A DNA stretch of 10,253 nt, taken from NCBI GenBank assembly GCA_040220235.1, contig JAVJTO010000054.1, one strand, 5' to 3'. The notes under the pieces were generated by a model. The model was not told the DNA's origin. It did not search any database and saw only the letters and a program-made list of their open reading frames with translations. Of the stretch, positions 1-6,483 are shown one piece after another (position 1 is the first letter of the stretch; every line of letters starts with the position of its first letter). Source of the stretch: Coleofasciculus sp. B1-GNL1-01 (GTDB lineage: Bacteria > Cyanobacteriota > Cyanobacteriia > Cyanobacteriales > Coleofasciculaceae). The position numbers and the translations under genes were made by a program.

Positions 1-144
1 GCAAGATGCTTAATGTAGCGAGCAAGATGCTTAATGTAGCGAGCAAGATGCTTAATGTAGCGAGCAAGATGCTTAATGTAGCGAGCAAGATGCTTAATGT
101 AGCGAGCAAGATGCTTAATGTAGCGAGCAAGATGCTCGCACTAC
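1..144 (+). repeat. 21-bp tandem repeat (GTAGCGAGCAAGATGCTTAAT)n ending in a complete REP-like palindrome GTAGCGAGCAAGATGCTCGCACTAC
   Basis: Partial unit at 1-14, then units starting at 15, 36, 57, 78, 99. The last one (120-144) is the full hairpin (CGAGCA-AGA-TGCTCG). Units are identical with no spacers. The array is truncated by the window start. Confidence 0.95.
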
Positions 145-193
145 AACCCGGATTTTACCATTCTTGACATTAAGGTTTAAATGCCAAATAGCT
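1..193 (+). mobile_element. MITE family A, copy 1 (left end outside window)
   Basis: Ends in ...TTGACATTAAGGTTTAAATGCCAAATAGCT (193), matching the right end of the copies at 2487-2630 and 6297-6419, and has the same internal REP. Confidence 0.8.
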
Positions 194-195
194 GA

Positions 196-1176
196 TTAAG
201 AGGAACACAACAACTTGATCAGGGATTGGGGTAACTCTTCAAAATGCTCTAACAAAAAGTCCAGGATTGCCAGATGGCGTAAATCTACGGGTTGAGGGGT
301 GTAGTATCCTTTACCTCGTTTGAACCAACACTGCACTGTCCCCAGGGAACGGGAACAGATATGAGACAGTTGTTCATAGGTGACATCCCATTTGCTATAA
401 AACTGCCTTGGCGTCATCCCTAATTCACAGTAACTATAGAGGTCAATAATGTATTTTTCCCGCTGGTTTATCGGGCGGAGATTGTGTCGCCGACGGGGAT
501 TATAGCGTCCAGTTGAGCTATGCACAGATGGGGATGCGATCGCGCCAGGAGAATGGGTGGGATAACGGTAGGGGTTGCCATTATTTTCGGTTGGTTCAAC
601 GGTATCGGGTATTTTTTCTAAATCCGCTTCAGACGCTGTATCTGTGCTTACCCAAGCCGCACTGGGAGAATCCGGGGCGAGTTGGATGATGTAGTAAACC
701 ATCCACTGATTGTGATGGTGGTTGTAGTCATAAAAGCGTCCCAAAATTACGCCCCAGTCTGTTTTATTGGTTTTCCACTGAACGCGATCGCCTTCTTGGT
801 AACGAGGAGTAGGAATTGGCAAAGTGTTGAATTGTGTGTAGGGGCGGGTTTCACTATTATCGTTTCTTTTTTCCCCAGATGTAACTAAACCCGCCCCAAC
901 TAAGTGTTGAGTCTCCATCTCTTCACCATGACGCAGGGCGTTTAATGCGCCAGCGATGAGTTTACCGTCGATGCTTCGAGTCAACTCCTGGATAAATAGG
1001 TTCGCGATCGCATTCACTTCTGCATCGGTTAGGTGCATTTGCGACGCATCGAAGTCAATGTCGCGGTAGTGCTTGATCAGATCGAGGAGTTGGGTAACAC
1101 CAAATTCCGCTAACGCTTGCTGGGCAGTGGTTTCAGCGGTCAGGGATTTGTCAAGTTGAGGGAATAAAGGTTTCAT
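196..1176 (-). CDS. Multidomain protein: N-terminal unknown region, central SH3-like cyanobacterial domain (PRYQEGDRVQW...WGVILG...YIIQL), C-terminal XRE-like helix-turn-helix (MTPRQFYSKWDVTYEQLSHICSRSLGTVQCWF)
   Basis: 326-aa ORF with an AGGAG RBS at 1186-1190 (minus strand) and 3 HIP1 sites. The C-terminal ~90 aa have an HTH pattern typical of small cyanobacterial regulators. Domain names are by eye. Confidence 0.75.
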   Translation of the reverse strand: MKPLFPQLDKSLTAETTAQQALAEFGVTQLLDLIKHYRDIDFDASQMHLTDAEVNAIANLFIQELTRSIDGKLIAGALNALRHGEEMETQHLVGAGLVTSGEKRNDNSETRPYTQFNTLPIPTPRYQEGDRVQWKTNKTDWGVILGRFYDYNHHHNQWMVYYIIQLAPDSPSAAWVSTDTASEADLEKIPDTVEPTENNGNPYRYPTHSPGAIASPSVHSSTGRYNPRRRHNLRPINQREKYIIDLYSYCELGMTPRQFYSKWDVTYEQLSHICSRSLGTVQCWFKRGKGYYTPQPVDLRHLAILDFLLEHFEELPQSLIKLLCSS

Positions 1177-1215
1177 TTGGTTCTTCTCCTTGTGTTGGGT
1201 TTGGTCTATCAGGTA

Positions 1216-1245
1216 TTTGTAACAATGTTATAACAAAACAGTCAA
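1216..1245 (-). promoter_or_regulatory. Putative sigma70-type promoter (TTGACT-N18-TACAAA with extended TG) overlapped by palindromes, a possible operator
   Basis: TAACA-A-TGTTA (1220-1230) and the perfect palindrome TGTTATAACA (1226-1235) lie between the putative -35 (1240-1245) and -10 (1216-1221), about 40 bp upstream of the HTH gene. Confidence 0.35.
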
Positions 1246-1276
1246 AATAAAAACCCCTTTATCTCAAAAAAAAAGA

Positions 1277-1304
1277 GTAGAGACGTTGCATGCAATGTCT
1301 CTAC
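1277..1304. repeat. GTAG-type REP palindrome GTAGAGACGTTGCATGCAATGTCTCTAC
   Basis: 28-bp near-perfect inverted repeat (one G/T mismatch) bounded by GTAG/CTAC. A truncated right half (CGTCTCTAC) recurs at 2312-2320. Confidence 0.85.
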
Positions 1305-1455
1305 AATGGTGCTTGGATTTCAAAAACGTAGGGTGGGTTAGGCGGGTTTTAAACCGAAGCGATAACCATTCAATGAAGTATCCGCTGTAACCCACCACTA
1401 TTAACGGGGAGGTGTATTATTTAGGGCTTGCTGAATTAATCGGGAAGCTATACTA
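1300..1455 (+). repeat. 156-bp direct repeat, copy 1 (contains the REP GTAGGGTGGGTTAGGCGG...GTAACCCACC and the left end of a second MITE type)
   Basis: Co-linear and the same length as 2321-2476, with only scattered substitutions or small indels (TCTACAATGGTGCTTGG...GGGAAGCTATACTA). Confidence 0.93.
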
Positions 1456-1640
1456 TATAATGGGGTGAAGCAATTTTATCGCCCAACAAGTGCAAGGTTT
1501 TTACACCCTTACGCTCAAAATCATGGGATTGTAAGCCTGTCCGACTACTTATCATTTGCTGAGATAGATTTATCGGTATCTTTGATCCACCTTTTCCTAT
1601 CAATCTGATCTGTTTTGAAGGGCGACTTTTATTCAAGCCT
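1423..1640. mobile_element. MITE family B (~218 bp), IS5-like terminal inverted repeats
   Basis: Left TIR AGGGCTTGCTGAAT (1423-1436). The right end TTATTCAAGCCT (1629-1640) is the expected ATTCAGCAAGCCCT with small deletions. The interior has no credible coding capacity. The IS5 assignment is from memory of cyanobacterial GGGCTTGCTGAA-ended elements. Confidence 0.6.
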
Positions 1641-2235
1641 GAACGCTTTTAAATAAAATGCCTAAAATTTTATTGATATCTTTAATGTAATAATTGCTCA
1701 AGTCGATACAGACATCAGAATCCTCTAACTTTAGAAACTTCCAAATATCTCCTGTCGTCACCGCTCCATAAATCGTCTGAATATTATTTTCTTCCTGCTG
1801 ATTAAATAACTGGGCTGCTAACATTGCTGCCGCACACTGTCCCAATCCGCCTTTAATGTTTTCATTCTTAGCTTCTACAATAATCGCCACCGGAGCATTA
1901 ATTGTCAGTTGCTCTTTAAAGCGACTGATAATAAAATCGCAATATCCATTTAACCCTTTTTCAAAATCAACATTAAAATCTGAGCCTGAGAATAAACTAA
2001 TTTGATAATTTACTCTTCTTCTCAACTCCAATAGAATCGGCGTAATTATCATTTCGGATCGGGCTTTTTCTGTATTAATTGCCAGAGCCAGTTCAACTGT
2101 TTCCGCTAAAGTAGCGGCGAGTGATTCACTCGGCTGTAGGGGTTCTACAGTGACAAACAAATCAGATTCTTCGTCAATCCGTAAATTAAACGCTTTCTTA
2201 AATTTACTTAATGTAGTAAAGTCACTATAAGCCAT
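1633..2235 (-). CDS. PD-(D/E)XK restriction-endonuclease-fold protein, HsdR N-terminal-like; conserved cyanobacterial hypothetical family (MAYSDF...)
   Basis: 200 aa with motifs EKARSE, GYCDFII, IVEAK, GLGQCAA(M) and IYGAVTTG..WKF, i.e. the D...ExK...Q arrangement of HsdR_N-like nucleases. Confidence 0.75.
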   Translation of the reverse strand: MAYSDFTTLSKFKKAFNLRIDEESDLFVTVEPLQPSESLAATLAETVELALAINTEKARSEMIITPILLELRRRVNYQISLFSGSDFNVDFEKGLNGYCDFIISRFKEQLTINAPVAIIVEAKNENIKGGLGQCAAAMLAAQLFNQQEENNIQTIYGAVTTGDIWKFLKLEDSDVCIDLSNYYIKDINKILGILFKSVQA

Positions 2236-2265
2236 TTTTAGCGCCTCAATCCGCCAAGCATTTTA

Positions 2266-2320
2266 AGCTGTTATGCATTTAAATATTGATATTATAGCAA
2301 CCGCCATGGCGCGTCTCTAC
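2266..2320 (+). repeat. Scar of fragmented elements: solo family-A left TIR (AGCTGTTATGCATTTAAA), a further element-like end (TATAGCAACCGCCATGGCG) and a half REP (CGTCTCTAC)
   Basis: 2266-2283 matches the left TIR at 2487 and 6297, including the preceding TA. 2312-2320 matches the right arm of the 1277-1304 REP. Confidence 0.6.
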
Positions 2321-2476
2321 TCTACAATGGTGCTTGGATTTCAAAAACGTAGGGTGGGTTAGGCGGGTTTTAAACCGAAGCGATAGCCATTCAATGAACA
2401 ATCAGCCGTAACCCACCGATGTTAACGGAGAGGTGTATTATTTAAGGGTTGCTGAATTAATCGGGAAGCTATACTA
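2321..2476 (+). repeat. 156-bp direct repeat, copy 2
   Basis: See 1300-1455. Here the family-B MITE is truncated after ~30 bp and followed closely by a family-A MITE. Confidence 0.93.
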
Positions 2477-2486
2477 CACAAGAGTA

Positions 2487-2630
2487 AGCTGTCATACATT
2501 TAAATTGGGAATGGGTAGCGAGCAAGATGCTCAATGTAGCGAGCAAGATGCTCAATGTAGCGAGCAAGATGCTCGCACTACGGCAAGGATTTCGCCATTA
2601 TTGACATTAAGGTTTAAATGCCGAACAGCT
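2487..2630 (+). mobile_element. MITE family A, copy 2 (144 bp, TA-flanked, 3 internal REP-derived units)
   Basis: Imperfect 18-bp TIRs AGCTGTCATACATTTAAA / TTTAAATGCCGAACAGCT, with TA on both sides (2485-86, 2631-32). Internal 21-bp units start at 2515, 2536, 2557. Confidence 0.85.
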
Positions 2631-2657
2631 TATAAAACTCCCTACAGCAGCCCCTAT

Positions 2658-5630
2658 CTACTTTTCCGTTTCTCGCCACAGGAATCGCTCTAAGGGAACT
2701 AACCGCATGAGTTCTCGCCCTAAACGTTGATACAGGGGAATCCGTTCTGAGTAGATTTTTGCATATCCTGTCGCTCCCGGATAGAGTTTACCATCACTAT
2801 TATCCACAACAATTTCCACTTGGGCGATGGGTTGGGGTTGGGAGGGTTCATGCTGGATTTGGGGCAGAATTCGTTGTACGGTGGCGGTGTACGGTCTTAG
2901 TTTAGCTTGGCGGGGACGGAAGGTAACGGGTTTGTGGTTTTCTACATATTCTAAGTCTTCTTCCTTAATGTCTACCGTGGCGGTGAGGCTGCTGAGTTCA
3001 GCAATTTCTAGGAGAAAGTCTTCGGTGGGTTTGAGTTCTTGATTTTGCCGTAAGTCTAAATCATTGGTGAGGATAACGCCTGCAATGGGAGAACGTAGGG
3101 TAAGATTTTGTTTAAGGGTTTTTAGTTCAGATAAGCGGTTTTTTAGAGTCGCGATCGCTTGTTGTTGAGTTACCATTTGGGATTCCGCCTGGGCAATCAT
3201 TTCAGAGGCGTCAATGGCGGCAAATTGAGACGCGGTTTCGGTTTGTAAGTCACGGGCGGTGTCGGTTTGGTTTTGTTTGGCGGCGGCGATTTCTTGGGTT
3301 TTGGCGACTAGATTGCTTTCAACGTTGTGGAGTTCACTTTCTACCTCGTCGCGGCGGTTGCGGGAAATTGCGCCTTGTTCGTAGAGTTGGTGATAGCGTT
3401 GGAGTTTTTCCTGGAGTTCGGGGATGCGTTCTTGCAGGCGTTGGCGTTGGGTGTTTAAGACTTGAATTTCGGGGGTAAGTTGTCCTTGAGTTACGGCTTT
3501 TGCGCGTAAGCTTTCTCGACGGGTTTTTGCCATCATCGCTTCGGCTATGGCTTGGACTTCTACCAGTTGGGCTTCGGCGCGGATGCGTTGTTTCTGGGCG
3601 GTGTCTAAGACTTGATGGGCTTGGACGAGTTGTTGTTCGATGGTGGCGATTTCTCGGTCTAATTCTAAACTGGATAATTGTGCCAGAATTTGTCCGGGTT
3701 GGACGGTTTGTCCGGGTTTGACGTAGATTTTTGTAATGACTCCGGCTATGGGTGTGCGGACAATGCTTCTGGCGCCTTGGCGGGTTTCGAGTTCGACGGA
3801 ACCCCCGACTTCAAAGGAGGTGGGGATGAGGCTGATTAGGCTTAAGCTGGTGGCGATGGTGAGGAGGATGGCGATTCGTTTTAGGGGGAGGTGGGGTTTG
3901 CTGGTTGGGGGGGCGAGTGGTAAGGGTTGGGAGGGGTTCATGGGGGTTAGGGGTTGGGGTTGGGGCTTTTTTTGAAACGCAGAGGTTCGCAGAGGTTGGC
4001 GCAGAGGAACGCAGAGGGGTTTAGAGGAGGGATTTTTTGGTTTGTTTTTCTTGTCTGTGTGTACCTCGGTTGGTTTTTGGGGGAAGTAGTAGTAAATTGC
4101 CCAAAGGGTGAGTAGGGTGATTGTCCAGAAGGGGATGTTGGTTAATGTCCAATTTGTGATTAGGGTGAAGAGGCTACCGAAGACGAAGAGGATATAGAGG
4201 AGGCTGAAGGGGGCGTAAGTGGCGAGGATTAGGCGATTGTGGCGGGGTTCGCGGTTGGGGTGTCGGCGTAGTAGGTTTCCGTAGAATTGGAAGGAACGAG
4301 TGCGGAGGTTGTTGATTCCGGTGAGGGCGACGGCGAGATAGTAGCCGTCAAATTTTGCCAGGGGATTGAGGTTGAGGGCGATGGTAAAGAGTGCGGCTAC
4401 CATGAGGAGATAGCTGGCGGTGGCTAACCAATTGGCTGAGGATTGCCATAACCAGAAGGCGGTGGCGGCGATAATTAATTGACAAATAATGCCTGCGCCG
4501 ACGACTAAGATTCGTTTAAATCGCGATAGGCAATAGGAATCTGTGGTATTGGTATAAGCGGCTGGCATTAAAAACATGAAAAGTAGCCCAAATTCGGGGA
4601 CAATGCCGTTGTAATGTTTCAGGGTAAAGGCGTGTCCAAGTTCGTGTAGAGTAACGACTAACATGGCGAGTAGGGCAAAGGGGAATAGGAGAGAAATGCC
4701 ATGATTTGCGACTAATTGTTGTCCGGTGAGGAGAATTTCGGGACGTTGGGATAAACCAATAAATAGAGAAAAGGCTAAAAAAAAGCACAGGATGAGACCA
4801 ATTGAACGAGTCCAAATCCAGTGCAGTTTAGTGATATGTCGAGTTAACCAGGTGTCGGGATTAAATAGGGGAACTTTGAAAAAGAGGAGTTGTAGCGGGG
4901 TGAATTTTCGTTTGGGGGGTTTGGCGGGTTGGGTTCCGGCTAACATCCCGGTGGCGGTGAGGAGTTGTAGGAGATAGCGGAGTTGTTCAAGGGTTAGGTT
5001 ATTGTTTTTGGCGATATCGGCGGGGGGATGTTTTCCTAGTTGGTTGATGGCGGCTTTACTGTGAGAATCAACTTGGAGAAAGGTGACATCTTCGGGATTG
5101 CGTAGTATCCAGTAGCCATCGGAGTGAGGAATCCATTGAACGCAGGATTTGAGTTGAAGTTTGGCGGAATTGGCGGGGTGAGAATTTGGCTGTTGTTCTG
5201 TGTTATCGGTGTCTACTATCTGATTATCTAGCAGTGGCTGAGAATGGGTTGAATTGGGAATTTCTCTGGCATTGTTTATGTTTTGCCCTCTGTCGGCTGC
5301 AACGGGTGGGTTAGGTGGAATGGATTCATCGGATGTGAGAATGCCAAGGGTAATCAGTTTTTGCCATAAATCCCAGATAAAATTCGGGGAAATTGCTGAA
5401 CCATATTTTTTCTGACATTGCTGTTGAAGTTGAGTAACCGTGAAATTTCCGGTGAAATGGCTGAGGGCGTAAACCTCGGCTGGAGATAGGGGAAAATAAC
5501 GATTATCGTGGCGCGATCGCAGAGTATACTGTTTGGATGACGCCTGTTGGCTGAGTTGCCAGTGGGGACTGATGTCTGGGCATATCCAGTCGGGTTGTTC
5601 CTTGGCTGTGAGTTCGTTTCCAACCTGCAT
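2658..5630 (-). CDS. Tandem PqqD/RRE-like domains + M50 (site-2) zinc metalloprotease + HlyD-family periplasmic adaptor fusion protein
   Basis: 990 aa. Two ~75-80 aa beta3-alpha3 units ending in L...G(I/M)L (aa ~17-99 and ~158-231). HELGH at 4632-4646 and NLNPLAKFDG at 4344-4373 lie among multiple TM helices (M50 HExxH...NxxPxxxxDG). These are followed by a TM helix, a lipoyl half-motif (VRTPIAGVITKIYVKPGQTVQPGQILAQL), a long coiled coil, LRSPIAGVI and a beta-barrel ending LYPGATGYAKI. Confidence 0.9.
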   Translation of the reverse strand: MQVGNELTAKEQPDWICPDISPHWQLSQQASSKQYTLRSRHDNRYFPLSPAEVYALSHFTGNFTVTQLQQQCQKKYGSAISPNFIWDLWQKLITLGILTSDESIPPNPPVAADRGQNINNAREIPNSTHSQPLLDNQIVDTDNTEQQPNSHPANSAKLQLKSCVQWIPHSDGYWILRNPEDVTFLQVDSHSKAAINQLGKHPPADIAKNNNLTLEQLRYLLQLLTATGMLAGTQPAKPPKRKFTPLQLLFFKVPLFNPDTWLTRHITKLHWIWTRSIGLILCFFLAFSLFIGLSQRPEILLTGQQLVANHGISLLFPFALLAMLVVTLHELGHAFTLKHYNGIVPEFGLLFMFLMPAAYTNTTDSYCLSRFKRILVVGAGIICQLIIAATAFWLWQSSANWLATASYLLMVAALFTIALNLNPLAKFDGYYLAVALTGINNLRTRSFQFYGNLLRRHPNREPRHNRLILATYAPFSLLYILFVFGSLFTLITNWTLTNIPFWTITLLTLWAIYYYFPQKPTEVHTDKKNKPKNPSSKPLCVPLRQPLRTSAFQKKPQPQPLTPMNPSQPLPLAPPTSKPHLPLKRIAILLTIATSLSLISLIPTSFEVGGSVELETRQGARSIVRTPIAGVITKIYVKPGQTVQPGQILAQLSSLELDREIATIEQQLVQAHQVLDTAQKQRIRAEAQLVEVQAIAEAMMAKTRRESLRAKAVTQGQLTPEIQVLNTQRQRLQERIPELQEKLQRYHQLYEQGAISRNRRDEVESELHNVESNLVAKTQEIAAAKQNQTDTARDLQTETASQFAAIDASEMIAQAESQMVTQQQAIATLKNRLSELKTLKQNLTLRSPIAGVILTNDLDLRQNQELKPTEDFLLEIAELSSLTATVDIKEEDLEYVENHKPVTFRPRQAKLRPYTATVQRILPQIQHEPSQPQPIAQVEIVVDNSDGKLYPGATGYAKIYSERIPLYQRLGRELMRLVPLERFLWRETEK
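3978..4017. repeat. Four CGCAGAGG units (cyanobacterial short dispersed repeat) inside the M50-HlyD linker
   Basis: CGCAGAGG at 3978, 3988, 4000 and 4010. Translated on the minus strand as PLCVPLRQPLRTSAF. Confidence 0.8.
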
Positions 5631-5807
5631 GATGTTTGTAGTAGATGCCTATTTGCAGGGTAAACGGAAATGTTAAGGAAAATCAACCATTTTTTAATAC
5701 CTTTATCAAATCTTTAAACAGAGAGTTATGGGGTTCTACGCTAAATGGCTGAAATAGAGAGTTAAATTTTTAGCCATTTTACTGAGGACAGGCTGAACTG
5801 GCGCGTG

Positions 5808-5904
5808 GTCGATTCGGCATTCAAACCTTAATGTCAATTAGGGTGAAATCCTGGTAGTGCGAGCATCTTGCTCGCTACTCATACCCGATTAAGGCATGAC
5901 CGCT
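5808..5904 (-). mobile_element. MITE family A, copy 3 (inverted, degenerate TIRs, single REP)
   Basis: The reverse complement reads AGCGGTCATGCCTTAATCGGGTATGAGTAGCGAGCAAGATGCTCGCACTACCAGGATTTCACCCTAATTGACATTAAGGTTTGAATGCCGAA, co-linear with copies 2 and 4. Confidence 0.8.
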
Positions 5905-6296
5905 TCCCTAGAGTGGGTTAAGTGAAAAACTGTCACATTTACGACCTATTGCTGATCATCAGGAAGAAGTTCCCAGCTTTATGAAAACTTAATAAAAAAC
6001 TACAGACAAAGTTTATTATTTTGGGATAGGATAGTGAACAAGCTAGATTTACGTTCAGGTGATTTCCCCTTCAACTTAATAGGTTTTCTGTCCGAGTTTG
6101 CTGCTGGCAATTGCTGCTCTATTCAGTAACAGAATTTGCTGGACAATTTGTTGACATTGACTGGCAGCAGCGTTTGGGTTTCAGCGTGCTTATCCAGTGT
6201 TTCCTTAATTCATCGTCATAATGGTGGGCTGGGCTAAAGTCGAACTTACCTGCCAATTTGAATCGGTTTAACCCCTTAGCTAATCAGAACATCATA

Positions 6297-6419
6297 AGCT
6301 GTCATGCATTTAAATTAGTATTAGTAGCGAGCAAGATGCAAAGCCTGCGGCATGGCTTCGCTTAACGCACTACAAGGCTTTCGCCATTATTGACATTAAG
6401 GTTTAAATGCCGAACAGCT
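6297..6419 (+). mobile_element. MITE family A, copy 4 (123 bp, TA-flanked) with a 26-nt insertion in its REP
   Basis: TIRs AGCTGTCATGCATTTAAA / TTTAAATGCCGAACAGCT, with TA at 6295-96 and 6420-21. The REP is interrupted at 6340-6365. Confidence 0.85.
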
Positions 6420-6470
6420 TAGAGATTTTGCCGCTTGGCTTAATCTGTAATTTTACCTGCACTATTCCAC

Positions 6471-6477
6471 AAGAGGG
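6471..6477 (+). promoter_or_regulatory. Shine-Dalgarno site of the giant ORF
   Basis: AAGAGGG ends 6 nt before the ATG at 6484. Confidence 0.6.
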
Positions 6478-6483
6478 TCATCT

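Noticed and set aside
1..144. CRISPR array
   Set aside because: Identical head-to-tail 21-bp units without unique spacers, embedded in a MITE, and no cas genes in the window.
1219..1232. NtcA box
   Set aside because: It reads GTA-N8-ATA rather than GTA-N8-TAC.
1448..1636. 62-aa ORF overlapping the nuclease stop (apparent translational coupling)
   Set aside because: It lies wholly within the family-B MITE and has no recognisable protein features.
2433..2693. 86-aa ORF with SEQDAQC repeats (RiPP-precursor-like)
   Set aside because: It is the translation of the direct repeat and the family-A MITE/REP units, and it overlaps the end of the M50-HlyD gene on the opposite strand.
5304..5318. REP remnant GGGTGGGTTAGG within the inter-RRE linker
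   Set aside because: Only a 12-bp match to the REP at ~1331 and 2352 with no partner arm. Pro-Asn-Pro-Pro codons explain it, so it is too weak to call.
682..5686. Short ORFs 682-888, 2827-3042, 3500-3721, 3736-3975, 4516-4815, 4726-4977, 5354-5686
   Set aside because: Shadow or alternative-frame ORFs overlapping well-supported genes.
6390..6425. Outward-facing promoter from TTGACA near the right end of the family-A MITE
   Set aside because: The hexamer 16-18 nt downstream (around AACAGC) is not -10-like, and the TA-rich flank is 24 nt away, too far.
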